A stretch of DNA of 64,000 bases from Nitrospirota bacterium (lineage in GTDB: Bacteria > Nitrospirota > UBA9217): assembly GCA_963840455.1 (NCBI GenBank), contig CAWIYV010000004.1, positions 96,001 through 160,000 of the forward strand. The letters are read 5' to 3'. Shown piece after piece: positions 49,025-60,435 of this stretch; position 1 is the stretch's first letter; each line of letters starts with the position of its first letter. The notes beneath the pieces were generated by a model. That model did not search any database, had not been told where the DNA came from, and saw only the letters and a list, made by a program, of their open reading frames with translations. The translations under genes and the position numbers were made by a program.

Positions 49025-49142
49025 CAAGCTGTTGTTGCTGACCATCACGCTTGCATTCCTGCCTGTGGGGCTGAAGTCGGATCAAGTGCATTGGGCGAAT
49101 ACGGGCAGGCAAGCACGCCGGCAGCTAAACGCTACGTTAGGC
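49019..49142 (+). other. Integron attC site
   Basis: ACATAAC ... GCTTGC..CCTGCC / GGCAGGCAAGC ... GTTAGGC imperfect palindrome. Confidence 0.75.
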
Positions 49143-49166
49143 CCTGGAAGTACAGAGGAGAGCACG

Positions 49167-49511
49167 ATGAGCAACGAACAGGTGGCACCTGAGACGAAAG
49201 GTGTTACGGTGAAGTTACTTGCAACGGTTGACCTTGGCCCTGAGATCGAGGGCATGGCAGGGCGCCAACTTCGAATGCGTATGGTGACCATCGAGCCTGG
49301 AGGCGTCTTCGGCCCGATTCACGACCATAAAGACAGACCAGGCACCGTCTACATACTGCAAGGAACGATCACTGACCATCGAAATGGAGTCGCTACGGAC
49401 TATGGGCCGGGAGTGGGCTGGCCCGAGGATAGGAACACCACACACTGGCTTGAGAACAGAGGAACGATTCCGGCGGTGGAGATCTCGGTCGATATAGTCA
49501 GGCAAGAGTAA
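49167..49511 (+). CDS. Cupin domain protein (cassette)
   Basis: IEPGG..HDH..PG..YILQG..HW; GAGGAG RBS just after the attC. Confidence 0.85.
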   Translation: MSNEQVAPETKGVTVKLLATVDLGPEIEGMAGRQLRMRMVTIEPGGVFGPIHDHKDRPGTVYILQGTITDHRNGVATDYGPGVGWPEDRNTTHWLENRGTIPAVEISVDIVRQE

Positions 49512-49766
49512 GCTCAGGCCCGACCGCCCTTATCTATGACCCAGAGCAAACAAGGAAGAAGCAGGAAGATCGATTACAGGCCGGACTATCGTTAGGACGG
49601 CACGCAAGCATGCTTGCGCTTTCGTACTCTTTTTAAGAATAGCAGGCCTCAAAGGTCCAAGTCGCATTGATAAATCGAATAGAAGAGCGAACCCCGTCGC
49701 AATGATCCCACCCACGCCGTCGAGAGGGCTGCTGAGAAACGCGCTTCTCAAGGCGACATTCTCCCC

Positions 49767-52700
49767 TCAGTACTCCCTCCACAGGTCCAGTGTCGTCCTC
49801 GAAGGACGGAACCCGAATGCCCGGAGCGCTTCCGCATAGGCGCTTCCGAGCGCGGGCTCGCCGTTGATCTCTTCCACGCTGATCTTCGTCAGCGGCCGGA
49901 ACTCCCGCCCCAAAAGGTCCTTGAAGAAAGCGAAGTACTCATGAAGATGCGGATCGTCTGGCTGAACGCGGATGTCCAGGGCTTTGCCGAGCCGTTTCGA
50001 GGCCAGCACCAGCCTGCTGCCGTGATAGACGAGGTATGTTGACGCGATCCGCGGCGGCAGCTGCTGCCGGAGCGGCTCCAGGGCCAGTCCGCAGAGCGAT
50101 ACGGGGTCCGTCGCGGACAGCCAATAGACCGCGTCCTCGGGCAGCGGCTCCTTCAACAGGCGGAAGGCCTCGGGGGAGATGAACTGCAGCCCCCGGACAT
50201 CACGGAAGAACCAGCCGGACAGCACCTCGCCGGAAAGCTCCATCAACCGGAGGGTCCTGAAGACCTCCCGCCACTGGAGCAGCGGCAGTTCGTTCGTCAG
50301 AAGCTCCCGGAACAGCACCCCGTAGCGCCGAAGCAGCTGCCGCACGCGGTCCTTCACCAGTTCATCCCGGGCGATGACATCCTGTTGCCCTATCTCCTCG
50401 GTATCGATCCTCTGCCAGTTGCCTTCCAGAGGACGCGATACCTTCCACCGGTTGAATCCCGACCGCCTCGACTGCGAAACCGGACCATCCGACACCGCCC
50501 GAGCGTTGAATCCCGTCACGATCCCCTTCCGTATCGTGCGGAACGAGTCGGTTGTGACATGCCCTTCCCAGGCCTGCTGCCACAGGATGTCCGCCGCCGC
50601 CGCGCTGTCCAGGTGAGCAGCATCCGCGATCTCGAGCAGGCCGTACCTGCCGCGCCGGTCCGGCAGCAGCCGGTCGAGCTCCGTTCGCGGCGATCCTTCG
50701 CTCTCCCCGGCTGGAGCGTGGAACAGATCGAGGTCCTGCCGGAATGCCAGGCTCAGCCGCTCCTTGCCGCTCCCGAACCAGATAAGATCGCTCTCCGCCA
50801 TGAGACGGTCAAGCCATTCGCCACGGTAGGGTTGCATGCGCGCGGGCAGGATGCTCTCCTCCCAGTTGGGCGCCGGCGCAGGCCAGCCAAAGAGCTGTTC
50901 GACGTGCTGCTGAAGATCTTCCATGCTCTCGCCGCGGTGAAGCACGCCCTGGAACAGGGCAAGGAAAAGAGGAAGCTGTTCGATCGCCACGGCCTCGAAG
51001 ATTGGCTGGCGCCAGCGCCTCGCCATCCTGAGCAGCATCTCAAGGTTCCTGCTGTCGCAGAGCTCCTCTTCAATGCTTGCTTCGCTGAACCGGTCCATCA
51101 CCAGCACGTGCTCCTCGACCAGTTCCTCGATCGCCTGCTCCACGCGTTCATCAGGCAGACCGAGCAATGACCTGACGCGGGACCGCCCGATCGGACCGTA
51201 GTAGGAAAGCCAGCTTGACAGGAGGTCGGCAAGGCCGGGCCGCTCTTCAGCTTCTTCCCGCGACCGGTGCTGTGAGGCCTTGATGAACTGCTCCACCTGT
51301 CTCCGGACCGTTGCAGCATTTCCCGAAGACGCAACAGGCGTGAAGCTCACGTCCTCGAGGCGCAGACCCATTCCTTCGAGCACCGGGGGGACATTCTCCA
51401 GCGCAGCAAGCAGCCGGAACGCCGCTCCCTCCCAGGACATCCAGAGCAGCTTCGCGTCCTGCTCGTCAAGCCACGCAGGGCCGTCACCGCCATCGCGGGC
51501 GATCGCCTGGGCCAGGTCTATCCACTCCGGCTCAGGGACCATGATCCGCTCCTTGATCCAGTCGAGGAGCTCGATCGGTGATGACGGCGCGTAGCCCGGC
51601 GCTGTTCGCTTCAATTTCAGGTCAAGGAGCGCAATGACCTCGGCCGGCACCTTCGGCCTGAGGTGCGACGAAAAGAGCAGCTCGCGGATCAGCTCGGGCC
51701 GGAGACCCGACTCTTTCGCCAGAAGCGGCGTATCGTCGGCATACATGGCGGCGTTCGTCTGCTTCCAGACCAGGCCGGCGGCGAAGGGCGAGGCCGCTGC
51801 TGTTCTGCACTCGGAAAGGATTATCTCACGGTCATCGATCTCATCGAGCAGCTGCTTCAGGCGCTCGAGATCAAACTCGTCCCGGAGGCAGGTGCGCCAG
51901 GTCTCGATAAGAATAGGAAAGTCCGCAGCAGGCCGGACCGCTTCGAGCAGCCGCTTGGAGCGGAGCCGCATCAGCCAGAGCGGCATTCTGCGCTTGAAGC
52001 TCGTCTTGGGCAGGAGCAGCGCCCGTTCGGCGTTCTCCCGGAACCGTGCGCCGAAGAACCCCGTCTGCTCCAGCTTCTTCCGGAGCAGGCCTTCGACGTT
52101 CGCCGAGGTCACGAGCGGGAAAAGGTCTCCGGCGGTCAGGTCGTGCGGCAGCATGAGGGACAGGGCATCGTCGTTCATGATGATCTGGAGCGGATACCGA
52201 TACTTCTCCTCCCAGGCGGCCGAGAGCGCCAGGCCGAATGGCCGGTTCACCCTGCCTCCCCAGAGCGTGTGGAGGATCACCTGCTTTGTTTCTGCATGCC
52301 CTGCGGGCTCGCTCACCTGTTCGATCAAAAGATGATGGCGGTGCGGCAGCTTCGCACCCGTGGCCTCGTGCTGCCGCTTGAGATAGCTGATGAGCCCATC
52401 GGCGGCCTCGCTTTCCAGCGAGTAGCGGTCTGCTGAGTTCCTTCCGGAACTCATCGCTTTCGAGACGGCTGTCGGCGTGCTCCAAAAAGAGGCCGATCCG
52501 CTCGGAGAGATGGAAGTCGCGGTTCTGCTCCTCTGCCCGCCAGAAGGGAAAGATGCCCTGCCCTCCCCGCGACGGAGTGACCAGCACATCGTTATGGGTG
52601 ATGTCCTCGATCCGCCAGAGCTGGGACCCCAGCGTGAAGGTCTCGCCGATGGAGCGCTCCCACACGAACTCCTCGTCCAGTTCCCCGATCTTGGCCTTTC

Positions 52701-54249
52701 CGTCCTTCAGCCGAAGGTCGAAGTAGCCCCGCTCCGGGATCGTTCCCCCGGAGCTATAGAGGAGGAAGCGTGCCTCGTCGCGCGCCTGGACCGTATTGTC
52801 CACGCGGTCGATCGAGACGCGCGGCTTGAGCTCCCGGAGCCGCGAGTCCGCGTATCTGCCGGAAAGCATCTCGAGCACCAGGTCGTACTGCCGCCGCGGC
52901 AGCTCGTGATAGGGAAAGCTTGATCTAAGGAACGCGTACAGGTCATCGATGTTCCAGGTTTCCATGGCCGTCATGGACAGGATGACCTGAGCCAGCACAT
53001 CCAGGGGCTGCTCAACGATCCGCACCTCCTCGATGTCCTGCTCCTCCACGGCCCGCGCCATCACCGCGGCATTCACCAGGTCCGCGCCGTGAAGGGGGAA
53101 CAACAGCCCTCTGCTTGTCCCTCCCACCGCGTGTCCTGAGCGGCCGATCCGCTGGAGCGTCGACGAGACCGATCGCGGCGTCTGGATCAGGACCACCTGG
53201 TCGAGGCTTCCGATGTCGATGCCAAGCTCCAGGGAGTTCGTGGCCACGATGGCCTTGAGCTCGCCTCGCTTCAGCTTCTCTTCCACGGCCAGCCGGATCT
53301 CGCGCGACAGCGAACCGTGGTGCGCATAGGCAATGTCCGTTGGTTCGTTCTCGTTCAGGAACCGGGTGACCTTCTCGGTGGTCCGCCTGCTGATGGCGAA
53401 GAAGAGCGTGGAGGAATGTTCCGCGATGATCTTCTTGAAGGCCCGGGTCAGGGCCGGCCAGACGCCGTCATCGCCGCCGGCACCACCCGCGTCTGCTGGC
53501 AGGGACACGGTCAGTTCATAATCCTTCGGAGCGCGGGAGCGGATGATCGTGACGGGCCGCTTCTCGTAATGGCTGTCCGCTCCCCTGCCGGTCCTCGTGA
53601 ACCCGCCGACAAACGATGCCACCCGTTCCAGTGGATTGACCGTGGCAGAGAGCGCCACGCGCTGGAACTCGCCGCAGAGCGGGACGAGCCTGTCCACGGC
53701 CGTGATGAGGTGCGTGCCCCGCTTGTTGTCCACCACAGCATGGATCTCGTCGAGGATGACCGTGGCGATGCCGGTGAGCATGGTCCTGCCGCTCTTTGAG
53801 GAGAGGAGCAGGTTCAGGGACTCCGGGGTCGTGATCAGGATCTCCGGGGGCTTCCGGATCATCCTGCGCCGCTCCTCGCCGGGCGTGTCTCCGCTCCGCG
53901 TCTGGACCGTGATCGCGGGGAAGGCCGCGCCCGCCTGTTCGAAATGGGCCTTGAGGTCGGCAAGCGGCCTCAACAGGTTCCTGCGCACGTCGTTGTTCAA
54001 CGCCTTGAGCGGAGAGACGTAAAGCACCCGCACCCTGCCGCGGGGCCATGCGCCGGTGACCAGCTGGTTCAGGGACCAGAGGAAGGCGGCAAGGGTCTTG
54101 CCGCTTCCCGTCGGTGCGGTCACCAGCACATGCTTCCCGGCCGCGATCTCCGGCCAGGTCTTCAGCTGGATGTCCGTGGGCTCGCCGATGGCCGCGGAGA
54201 ACCAGGAGCGGATGAGGGGATGGAATATCGAGAGTCCGTCAGATGCCAT
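49767..54249 (-). CDS. Lhr-like DEAD/DEAH helicase, frameshifted at ~52430
   Basis: APTGSGKT, DEIH, SAT, QRIGRSGH; Lhr-type C-terminus in the 49767-52589 frame. Confidence 0.88.
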
Positions 54250-54603
54250 AGGGGCCTCATGCGAAGGTAAACATCTTCACTTTATCACCTATTAAAAACA
54301 TAGCCCCCGGCGAAGAGAAAAGCAAGGGGAAGGATGGGCAGATCTTTAGTCGCCTTTTGAAGAAACTGTGGTATTTCCGAAGGCACCCGTTTCTGCACTA
54401 GAAGTGCATCGTAGTGCGCAGTTATGTCAGAAGGGATATCAGCCATCGGTATTGGCAAGAAGTGCCCATCTATCCGAAAAAGCGTGTTAGACAGTTAGCA
54501 AAATAACTGATAATGTCCTAATTCGGACAATTCATATGACGCCAGCGTCCCGATTTTGATATAATGTGACAACTGTACAATTACTTGTTATCTGTAGGAG
54601 AAT

Positions 54604-56232
54604 TTGAAACACATGCGCATCTTCTTGATAACAGCCGCTTGGGTGTTAACAATAATAACATCAGCGTTTTCATCGGATATGAAAGACGCCTATCGACCCG
54701 CAGGTCAGGAATATCCGCAAATCATCCAGAGCTCTGATTATGCAACTATTAAGGCAATAGAAGCGTTATATGCTGAAATCGCGGATTCTATCTCGAAGTG
54801 CAACGGCTTGAGGCCGCGACCTCCGTTGGCGTTCTGTAGCCGAGGCATTTCCTCGGTCGGCTGTTTAGCAGATATTCAATCCGGGCTATTTGCTCGGATG
54901 TGATTGTACGGAAGTCGGTTCCCTTTGGCAAGTACCAGCGAATGAGGCCATTAGCGTTCTCATTCGTGCCCCGCTGCCCAGGACGCATAGGGCCGAGCAA
55001 AGTAGCATCTGATTCCCAGTCTGGCCGAGAGCGCCTCGTGTTTGGCATTCTCGGTCCCGTTGTCCAGCGTGAGGGTCTGGCGCCCTTTGGCCGGAAGCTT
55101 CTTGAGCCGATCGATGACTACCTGATTCGTCTCGTCAGCGCCCTTTCTGGACAGCTTGGTGATGAGGACAAGGCGACTCTTACGTTCGACCAGGGTGTTG
55201 AGTGCTGCTTTACTCTTTCGGGAGATGAGGCTGTCATCCCTCCCAGTGACCGTACTGGCGACGGCTCTCTACGGACTTCGGTCGGGTATCAATCGGAATC
55301 CTATTGGGAATCGTGGTTTTTCTCACTTTTCTGCCGATGCTCTTGTTCTTCCGCTTTTTGTGGGCTCGGCGCAGCAACTGGATCATCTCCAGACGATCTG
55401 GATTCTGGGGATGATAGATGTACTGATAGATGGCCTCGTGGTTGATGGATTCTCCCGGATGGTCAAGCCGGATCCTCCCAGAGATCTGCTCCGGGGACCA
55501 TCCCTTAGCGAGGCCGGCCTTTACATACTGCCGGATAAGGTCGTTTTTCAGACGCTCGTGCTTATTGGCCTCCGTCTTTCGCTCGCAGGCCCGAGCGTGT
55601 GCCCGACAGGGAACATAACGTCGCCGCTCCGGTGGAGAGTTGCGGTTGAGCTCCCGCGAGATAGTGCTTTTGTCTCGGCCGCACAGCTTTTGCAATATCG
55701 CCGAGGCTGGAACCTCCTGAGAGCAAGTTGGCGATGATCTCTCTTTCCTCTTGGCTCAGGTGCTTATAGGGTTTTGGCATAGACACTTAGAGTAGCATGG
55801 CTACCCCAAGTGTTAAGGCACTTGAAGCGCTATATGAACTCGCGAATCATCAAAATCGGGAAAGACTTGAAATATTGCAGAGCGAGTGATGAATCAATTA
55901 TTTTGAAATCCGAGAATGATTCTCAGAAGGCAGTTCTCATTATGTTCCCCGATAAAGGAACAGTCACAATAGGCAACCACCATTACCGCGATCACAATAC
56001 GGTGATTCTGTTTACCACACTGAAAAAAGTACTTGCCGCTCTATCAATGAAAACTTCCTGTTCCGGTGTTCAGGCCGATCAATTTTCTACGCGTGGCTAC
56101 AAGAAAAGGACAATATTCGGTTTTGACTTTGGGCCGAATATTGTCGAACTCGATTCGCTATCGAATGGACCGCATAGTGAAGAGCGTGTCTACGTACTTG
56201 ACATCGTGACTCGGAAGGAATCGTTTTTCTAA
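54604..56232 (+). pseudogene. Exported hypothetical gene apparently interrupted by IS30 (54604-54794 plus ~55827-56232)
   Basis: Signal-peptide ORF with a GGAG RBS runs into the IS; AT-rich coding sequence resumes after it. Confidence 0.55.
54795..55826 (-). mobile_element. IS30-family element with a multiply frameshifted transposase
   Basis: YKHLSQEER, STISREL, WSPEQI, GHWEG, RGTNENANGLIR and RPRKCLGYRTP across four ORFs; GTTGCACTT-like ends. Confidence 0.88.
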
Positions 56233-56249
56233 GATGATTTAGTCATCAA

Positions 56250-56309
56250 AGATAACAACCGGGTCGAGCCCGACGCGCATAAGGCGCGCGTCTCACCCGG
56301 GCGTTACAG
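56250..56309 (+). other. Short attC-like site
   Basis: GATAAC-AA-CCGGGTCGAG..GCGC..GCGC..CTCACCCGG-GC-GTTAC, with an extrahelical base. Confidence 0.65.
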
Positions 56310-56381
56310 ACAAAAAATGGCGGCCTCATCGGCCGCCGTTCGCATTTCCCTTCGTACATCCTTCTATGATATAGAGAGAGC

Positions 56382-57134
56382 CTACTTCCCGAACACCTTC
56401 TTCAGCAGGTCCGTGACCTGCGCCACCGGGTCCTTCCGGATCTTCTTCTCCTCCTGCCCCAGCATGAAGAACAGCCCGTCCAGCGCCTTGCTCGTCACGT
56501 GGTGGTCCAGGTCAAGGGACTCGTCCTTGATGAGCCTGCTCTTCTTCGCCTTGTCCACGAGCTGCTGGTAGGCCTTAGTGACGCCCACTTCCATGACGGC
56601 CTTCGACACCGTCGGCTTGAAGAGGCCATAGAGTTTGTCGTAGGTCTTGGACCGCATGTATTCCGTGGCAGCCGTGTCGCCGCCCTTCAGGATGTTGAGG
56701 GCGTCCACGATGGTCATCTCCTTGATGGCCCCGATAAAGATGTCCTTTGCCGGCGGCGCGGCCTTCTCGGCTGCCCGGTTCATGGTCAGGATGAACTCAT
56801 CGACCTGCTTGCCGAGCCCGATCTTCCGAAGCGGCTTCTCCACCTTCTGGACCTTCTCAGGCAGCGGGATCTTGATGGCCGGGTTCTTGAAAAAGCCGTC
56901 GGTCTGGGACACGGTCTTGACCGCATTCTGCGATCCGACCGTGAGCGCCTCCTTCAGGCCCGCGGCGACCGTCTCCTTATCGAGGCCCTTGCCCTGCGCG
57001 GGACCTTCCGTTGATGACGATCTATCCTTGTCCTTCTTGCCGGCAAGGTCCTTCACCTTGTCCAGAAGGTTTGCGCCGGCAATGCCGCTGCCCAGCAGGA
57101 ACACCGTGGTGATGCCGATCAGAATCTTCTTCAT
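56382..57134 (-). CDS. DUF4197 exported protein
   Basis: GLKEAL, MNRAAE and EEKKIRKDP motifs. Confidence 0.9.
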   Translation of the reverse strand: MKKILIGITTVFLLGSGIAGANLLDKVKDLAGKKDKDRSSSTEGPAQGKGLDKETVAAGLKEALTVGSQNAVKTVSQTDGFFKNPAIKIPLPEKVQKVEKPLRKIGLGKQVDEFILTMNRAAEKAAPPAKDIFIGAIKEMTIVDALNILKGGDTAATEYMRSKTYDKLYGLFKPTVSKAVMEVGVTKAYQQLVDKAKKSRLIKDESLDLDHHVTSKALDGLFFMLGQEEKKIRKDPVAQVTDLLKKVFGK

Positions 57135-57185
57135 GGAGACCTCCTCAGCCGAAGCTGATACGGATGCTTCATACTCTGTTATTTT

Positions 57186-57264
57186 TCATTGCGGGCGACC
57201 GGAGGAGCGCGGCAATCTCGCAGTCAATACGAGATTGCTTCGTCGCTTCGCTCCTCGCAATGAC
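57186..57264. repeat. TCATTGCG..GCAATC/GATTGC..CGCAATGAC palindromic REP-like element
   Basis: Nested inverted repeats, intergenic. Confidence 0.7.
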
Positions 57265-57354
57265 GTGCCGACAAGAACAAGTTAATACTCTTGCATCAAA
57301 AAAACGGCGGCCTCATCGGCCGCCGTCGTGGTTATCATCCATTCATTTCGTCGA

Positions 57355-57687
57355 TCAATGGCAGCCCTTGCAGGGCTGGTTCTTCTTGGTGATGGTCACT
57401 ACATGCCCTTTGCCGCCGTCCATGTTCTTGATGTCATGGCACTGGTTGCAATGGAACTTGAGCCCCATCTCGGTGCGGTGCTTCTGGTGCGGGAACTTCC
57501 TCCCTTTACCTGTGACGTACGTGTCATAGTCATGGCAGCTGAAGCACGGCACAGCATCCTTCAGGGCAACGATCTTCACCGGCGCTTCTTCTCCCTGTTT
57601 CTTGTGCTGGGCCTTGCCGACCAGGTCCTTGCCGCAACCAACGGTGAACAGCGCCACCAGCAGCATCGGGATCGCGATCTTCCTCAT
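57355..57687 (-). CDS. Small triheme cytochrome c lipoprotein (c7/c3-like)
   Basis: Lipobox TVGC; CFSCH, FPHQKH, CNQCH, CKGCH. Confidence 0.85.
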   Translation of the reverse strand: MRKIAIPMLLVALFTVGCGKDLVGKAQHKKQGEEAPVKIVALKDAVPCFSCHDYDTYVTGKGRKFPHQKHRTEMGLKFHCNQCHDIKNMDGGKGHVVTITKKNQPCKGCH

Positions 57688-57689
57688 GG

Positions 57690-58403
57690 CTATTTGTTCT
57701 CCTTCTTGGATTTTGGCCCGAAGAGGTAGTCGTACTCCGCCGGGTGGTGGTGCTTCAGCTTCTCGATGCTCATCTTGCCGGTCAGCCACATCCAGTTCAT
57801 GGGGAAGACATCGGACCGGAGGTGCTCCATGTAGAAGTGGATGATCAGGATGAACACGATCGCCAGGAGCGCCTCGTCGCTGTGCATGATGAAGAGCACG
57901 TCCCAGGCCCAGCCGAGGGTGAACGTCGGGAACAGGGCGGACACGGTCACCGGGAAGGCGAGGAAGAAACCAGAGGTCCCGATGATGAACATACCCCAGT
58001 ATACTGCCCAGTAGTCGAACTTCTGGAGGTACGAGAACTTTCCGAAGTAGGGCCGCTCGTTCCGGAGGCCGAGATAGTACATGAAGTTGTGGACCATGTC
58101 CACCACGTCCTTCGGCATCGGGATGATCGTCAGCCGGAGGTCGCGCTTCCGCGCCAGGTTGAGCAGGTAGAACTGGTGGTAGATGAAGTCCAGCAGCATG
58201 GTGATGCCCGCCACACGGTGGATGATGCCGGCCATCTTCGGCCCGCCCCAGACACTGATCCAGGCGCTGGACGGCTCGACGTAGGCGTACTTGAGCCCCC
58301 AGCCCGTGAAGGACAGGAGCAGGAACGTCGTGAACATGATGATATGCTGGATCCGGGCGGAAAGGTCGAACCGCTCGATCTCCTGCGGTATGTTCTTATC
58401 CAT
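57690..58403 (-). CDS. Diheme cytochrome b (FdnI/HydC type; CbcB-like)
   Basis: RIQH, IHR, KFSYLQKFDYWAVYWG, MHSDEALLA and IHFY motifs. Confidence 0.88.
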   Translation of the reverse strand: MDKNIPQEIERFDLSARIQHIIMFTTFLLLSFTGWGLKYAYVEPSSAWISVWGGPKMAGIIHRVAGITMLLDFIYHQFYLLNLARKRDLRLTIIPMPKDVVDMVHNFMYYLGLRNERPYFGKFSYLQKFDYWAVYWGMFIIGTSGFFLAFPVTVSALFPTFTLGWAWDVLFIMHSDEALLAIVFILIIHFYMEHLRSDVFPMNWMWLTGKMSIEKLKHHHPAEYDYLFGPKSKKENK

Positions 58404-59322
58404 GATGGTCCCCCTTCCTGAACAGACGGTCGCGGATGTCCGCGAAGATATCGAGGAGCACGTGGATGATGATGAACATGAACGTGCCCACCGTAAGGAT
58501 GATCAGGCCGATCTCGGCGAAGTGCGCGATCGGGTGGAGCGGCTTGTGCGTGATGGCCGCAACGAACTTGTCCGTGGCGCCCGGATGGCACTTGCCGCAG
58601 GTCTTCTTCTTGTTCTCGCCGTAGACCGGTGACTTCGGGTCCTTGGCGCTCAGGATGCCGTGCGAACCGTGGCAGCTGGCGCATGACGGCGCGCCGGTGT
58701 GGCCGAGCTTCAGCTTCCTGCCGTGGAAGCTCTCGAGATAGCGCTCCATCACAAGGGGAGAGAAACCGTACTTTTCGGCCATGAGCTTCTCTTCATGGCA
58801 CTTGCCGCAGGTCTCAACGATATTAAAGAGGTAGACCTTGGATTCCTTGCTCGGCCGCGCCTGGATGTAATGCGGCGAGCCATGGCAGCTCGTGCAGACC
58901 GGCCCGTCCGAGGACTTTTTGACCATGACGTTCCGGCCGTGGACGCTGGCCTTATAGGCGTTGTAGGGGTCGGGATGGCAGCTCACGCACGCGGCCTGGG
59001 CCACGGGATCTACCTTGCTCTTCGGGGATATGGCGTTCGCCAGTTCCTGCACTGTCTTGTCCACCGGGGCTGTGGGGCCCTTGTGCGGCTGGGCCGTAAA
59101 GCTCAGGTGGCAGTCCACGCAGTTGAAGCTTCCATGGACCGACTTAGAGAACTTCTCAGCGTCCACGTTGAGATTCACGAGGACGCCTTTCTCCTTCTCC
59201 ACGCTCCCCTGCATCGATGCATGACATGCGAGGCACGCCTTCGCATCAGGTGCCGCGTTCGCGGCGGGAACGAGGACCAAGGAGCACAGCAACAGCATCA
59301 ACGCACCTTGCCAGATCCTCAT
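58396..59322 (-). CDS. Heptaheme cytochrome c with C-terminal TM (CbcA-like)
   Basis: Seven CxxCH motifs: CLACH, CVDCH, CVSCH, CTSCH, CGKCH, CASCH, CGKCH. Confidence 0.9.
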   Translation of the reverse strand: MRIWQGALMLLLCSLVLVPAANAAPDAKACLACHASMQGSVEKEKGVLVNLNVDAEKFSKSVHGSFNCVDCHLSFTAQPHKGPTAPVDKTVQELANAISPKSKVDPVAQAACVSCHPDPYNAYKASVHGRNVMVKKSSDGPVCTSCHGSPHYIQARPSKESKVYLFNIVETCGKCHEEKLMAEKYGFSPLVMERYLESFHGRKLKLGHTGAPSCASCHGSHGILSAKDPKSPVYGENKKKTCGKCHPGATDKFVAAITHKPLHPIAHFAEIGLIILTVGTFMFIIIHVLLDIFADIRDRLFRKGDHHG

Positions 59323-59526
59323 ACAATCTCCTTTCAGCACTATAAATAATTCTTATATTGATATTTGCCGGGTGTGTTCAGGAAGTCCCGCAGCAGCGGG
59401 CCGGCATCGATCCGGAAATAACAAGCCCAGACATTATCATACGGAAGGTTTTTTGGCAAGCGGATTTTGCAAAATCAGGGCTGAGGAAGGAGCGGTTTTT
59501 TGCAACTCATCGGGAACGGCAAGACA

Positions 59527-59647
59527 GAACACGAATGACACGAATGGACGAATTTCACGAATAAAGGCCGAGTGTATTATCAACAAACAAACGTCAGGTA
59601 TTTATCTTCATTCGTGCCATTCGTGGGTTATTCGTGACATTCGTGTT
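59527..59647. repeat. Family D element, empty
   Basis: GAACACGAATGACACGAATGGACGAATTTCACGAAT ... ATTCGTGCCATTCGTGGGTTATTCGTGACATTCGTGTT. Confidence 0.8.
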
Positions 59648-59655
59648 ATTGCTCT

Positions 59656-60426
59656 TTATTTCCGCTTGGATCGGTTGTTTTTGCCATAATAGACCGTGAC
59701 GAGGTACAGGCCGCGTGCCGGCGCGATCCTGCCTGCTGCCGACCGATCACGGGACCTGAGCATGCGCTTGACGTCAGCGCGAGAAAATCTACCAAGCCCA
59801 ACCTCGGTAAGCGTGCCGACGATGTTCCTCGCCATGTGCATCAGGAAGGCGTCTGCCTCCAGCGTGAATTCGACGAGATCGCCTTTCTTTTTGATCGTGA
59901 GCGCCTTCAATGTTCTGACGGGGGTCTTCGCGCTGCAGCCGGCGCTCCGGAAGGCGGAGAAATCATGTTTCCCCACCAGGACCTCTCCCGCACGCTTCAT
60001 CGCCGCGAGGTTCAGCTTCCGGTCCACGTGCCATGCGTGATTTCGGCGGAGCGCAGAAGGTGCCCTCCTCGCGAGGATGAGATACTGGTACTGTTTTCCT
60101 TTGGCGCTGAACCGGGCGTGAAAATCAGGCGTGGCCTCTTCCGAGGAAAGGACGCGGATATCTGCCGGAAGCAGGCTGTTCAGGGCGGGCGCCCAGGCCT
60201 CTGCCGGGATGCGGCTCTCCGTCGGGAAGTTGGCCACGTGCCCCCGGGCGTGCACCCCCGCGTCGGTCCTGCCGGACGACACGGTCCTTATGTCCTCCTT
60301 CGTGAGCTTCCGGAGGGCCTCTTCGAGCGCGTCCTGGATGGTCGGCATGCCGCTCCCCTGCTGGGACTGCCAGCCGTGGTAGTTCGTGCCGTCGTATTCG
60401 AGGACTAATTTGATATTTCGAGCCAT
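59656..60426 (-). CDS. truA: tRNA pseudouridine(38-40) synthase
   Basis: YDGTNYHGWQ, GRTDAGVHA, FHARF, HDFSAF and GLYL motifs. Confidence 0.97.
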   Translation of the reverse strand: MARNIKLVLEYDGTNYHGWQSQQGSGMPTIQDALEEALRKLTKEDIRTVSSGRTDAGVHARGHVANFPTESRIPAEAWAPALNSLLPADIRVLSSEEATPDFHARFSAKGKQYQYLILARRAPSALRRNHAWHVDRKLNLAAMKRAGEVLVGKHDFSAFRSAGCSAKTPVRTLKALTIKKKGDLVEFTLEADAFLMHMARNIVGTLTEVGLGRFSRADVKRMLRSRDRSAAGRIAPARGLYLVTVYYGKNNRSKRK

Positions 60427-60435
60427 GAAGATTAT

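Noticed and set aside
49530-49751. 73-aa ORF after Lhr
   Set aside because: No RBS or motif; probably a remnant.
52400-52460. Lhr helicase as two separate genes
   Set aside because: The frames overlap and join into one continuous Lhr-like protein, so an indel is the likely cause.
54400-54600. attI site or integron promoter upstream of the IS30-interrupted gene
   Set aside because: Only isolated GTTAGAC and a TGTCC..GGACA palindrome are present, with no intI; this is insufficient.
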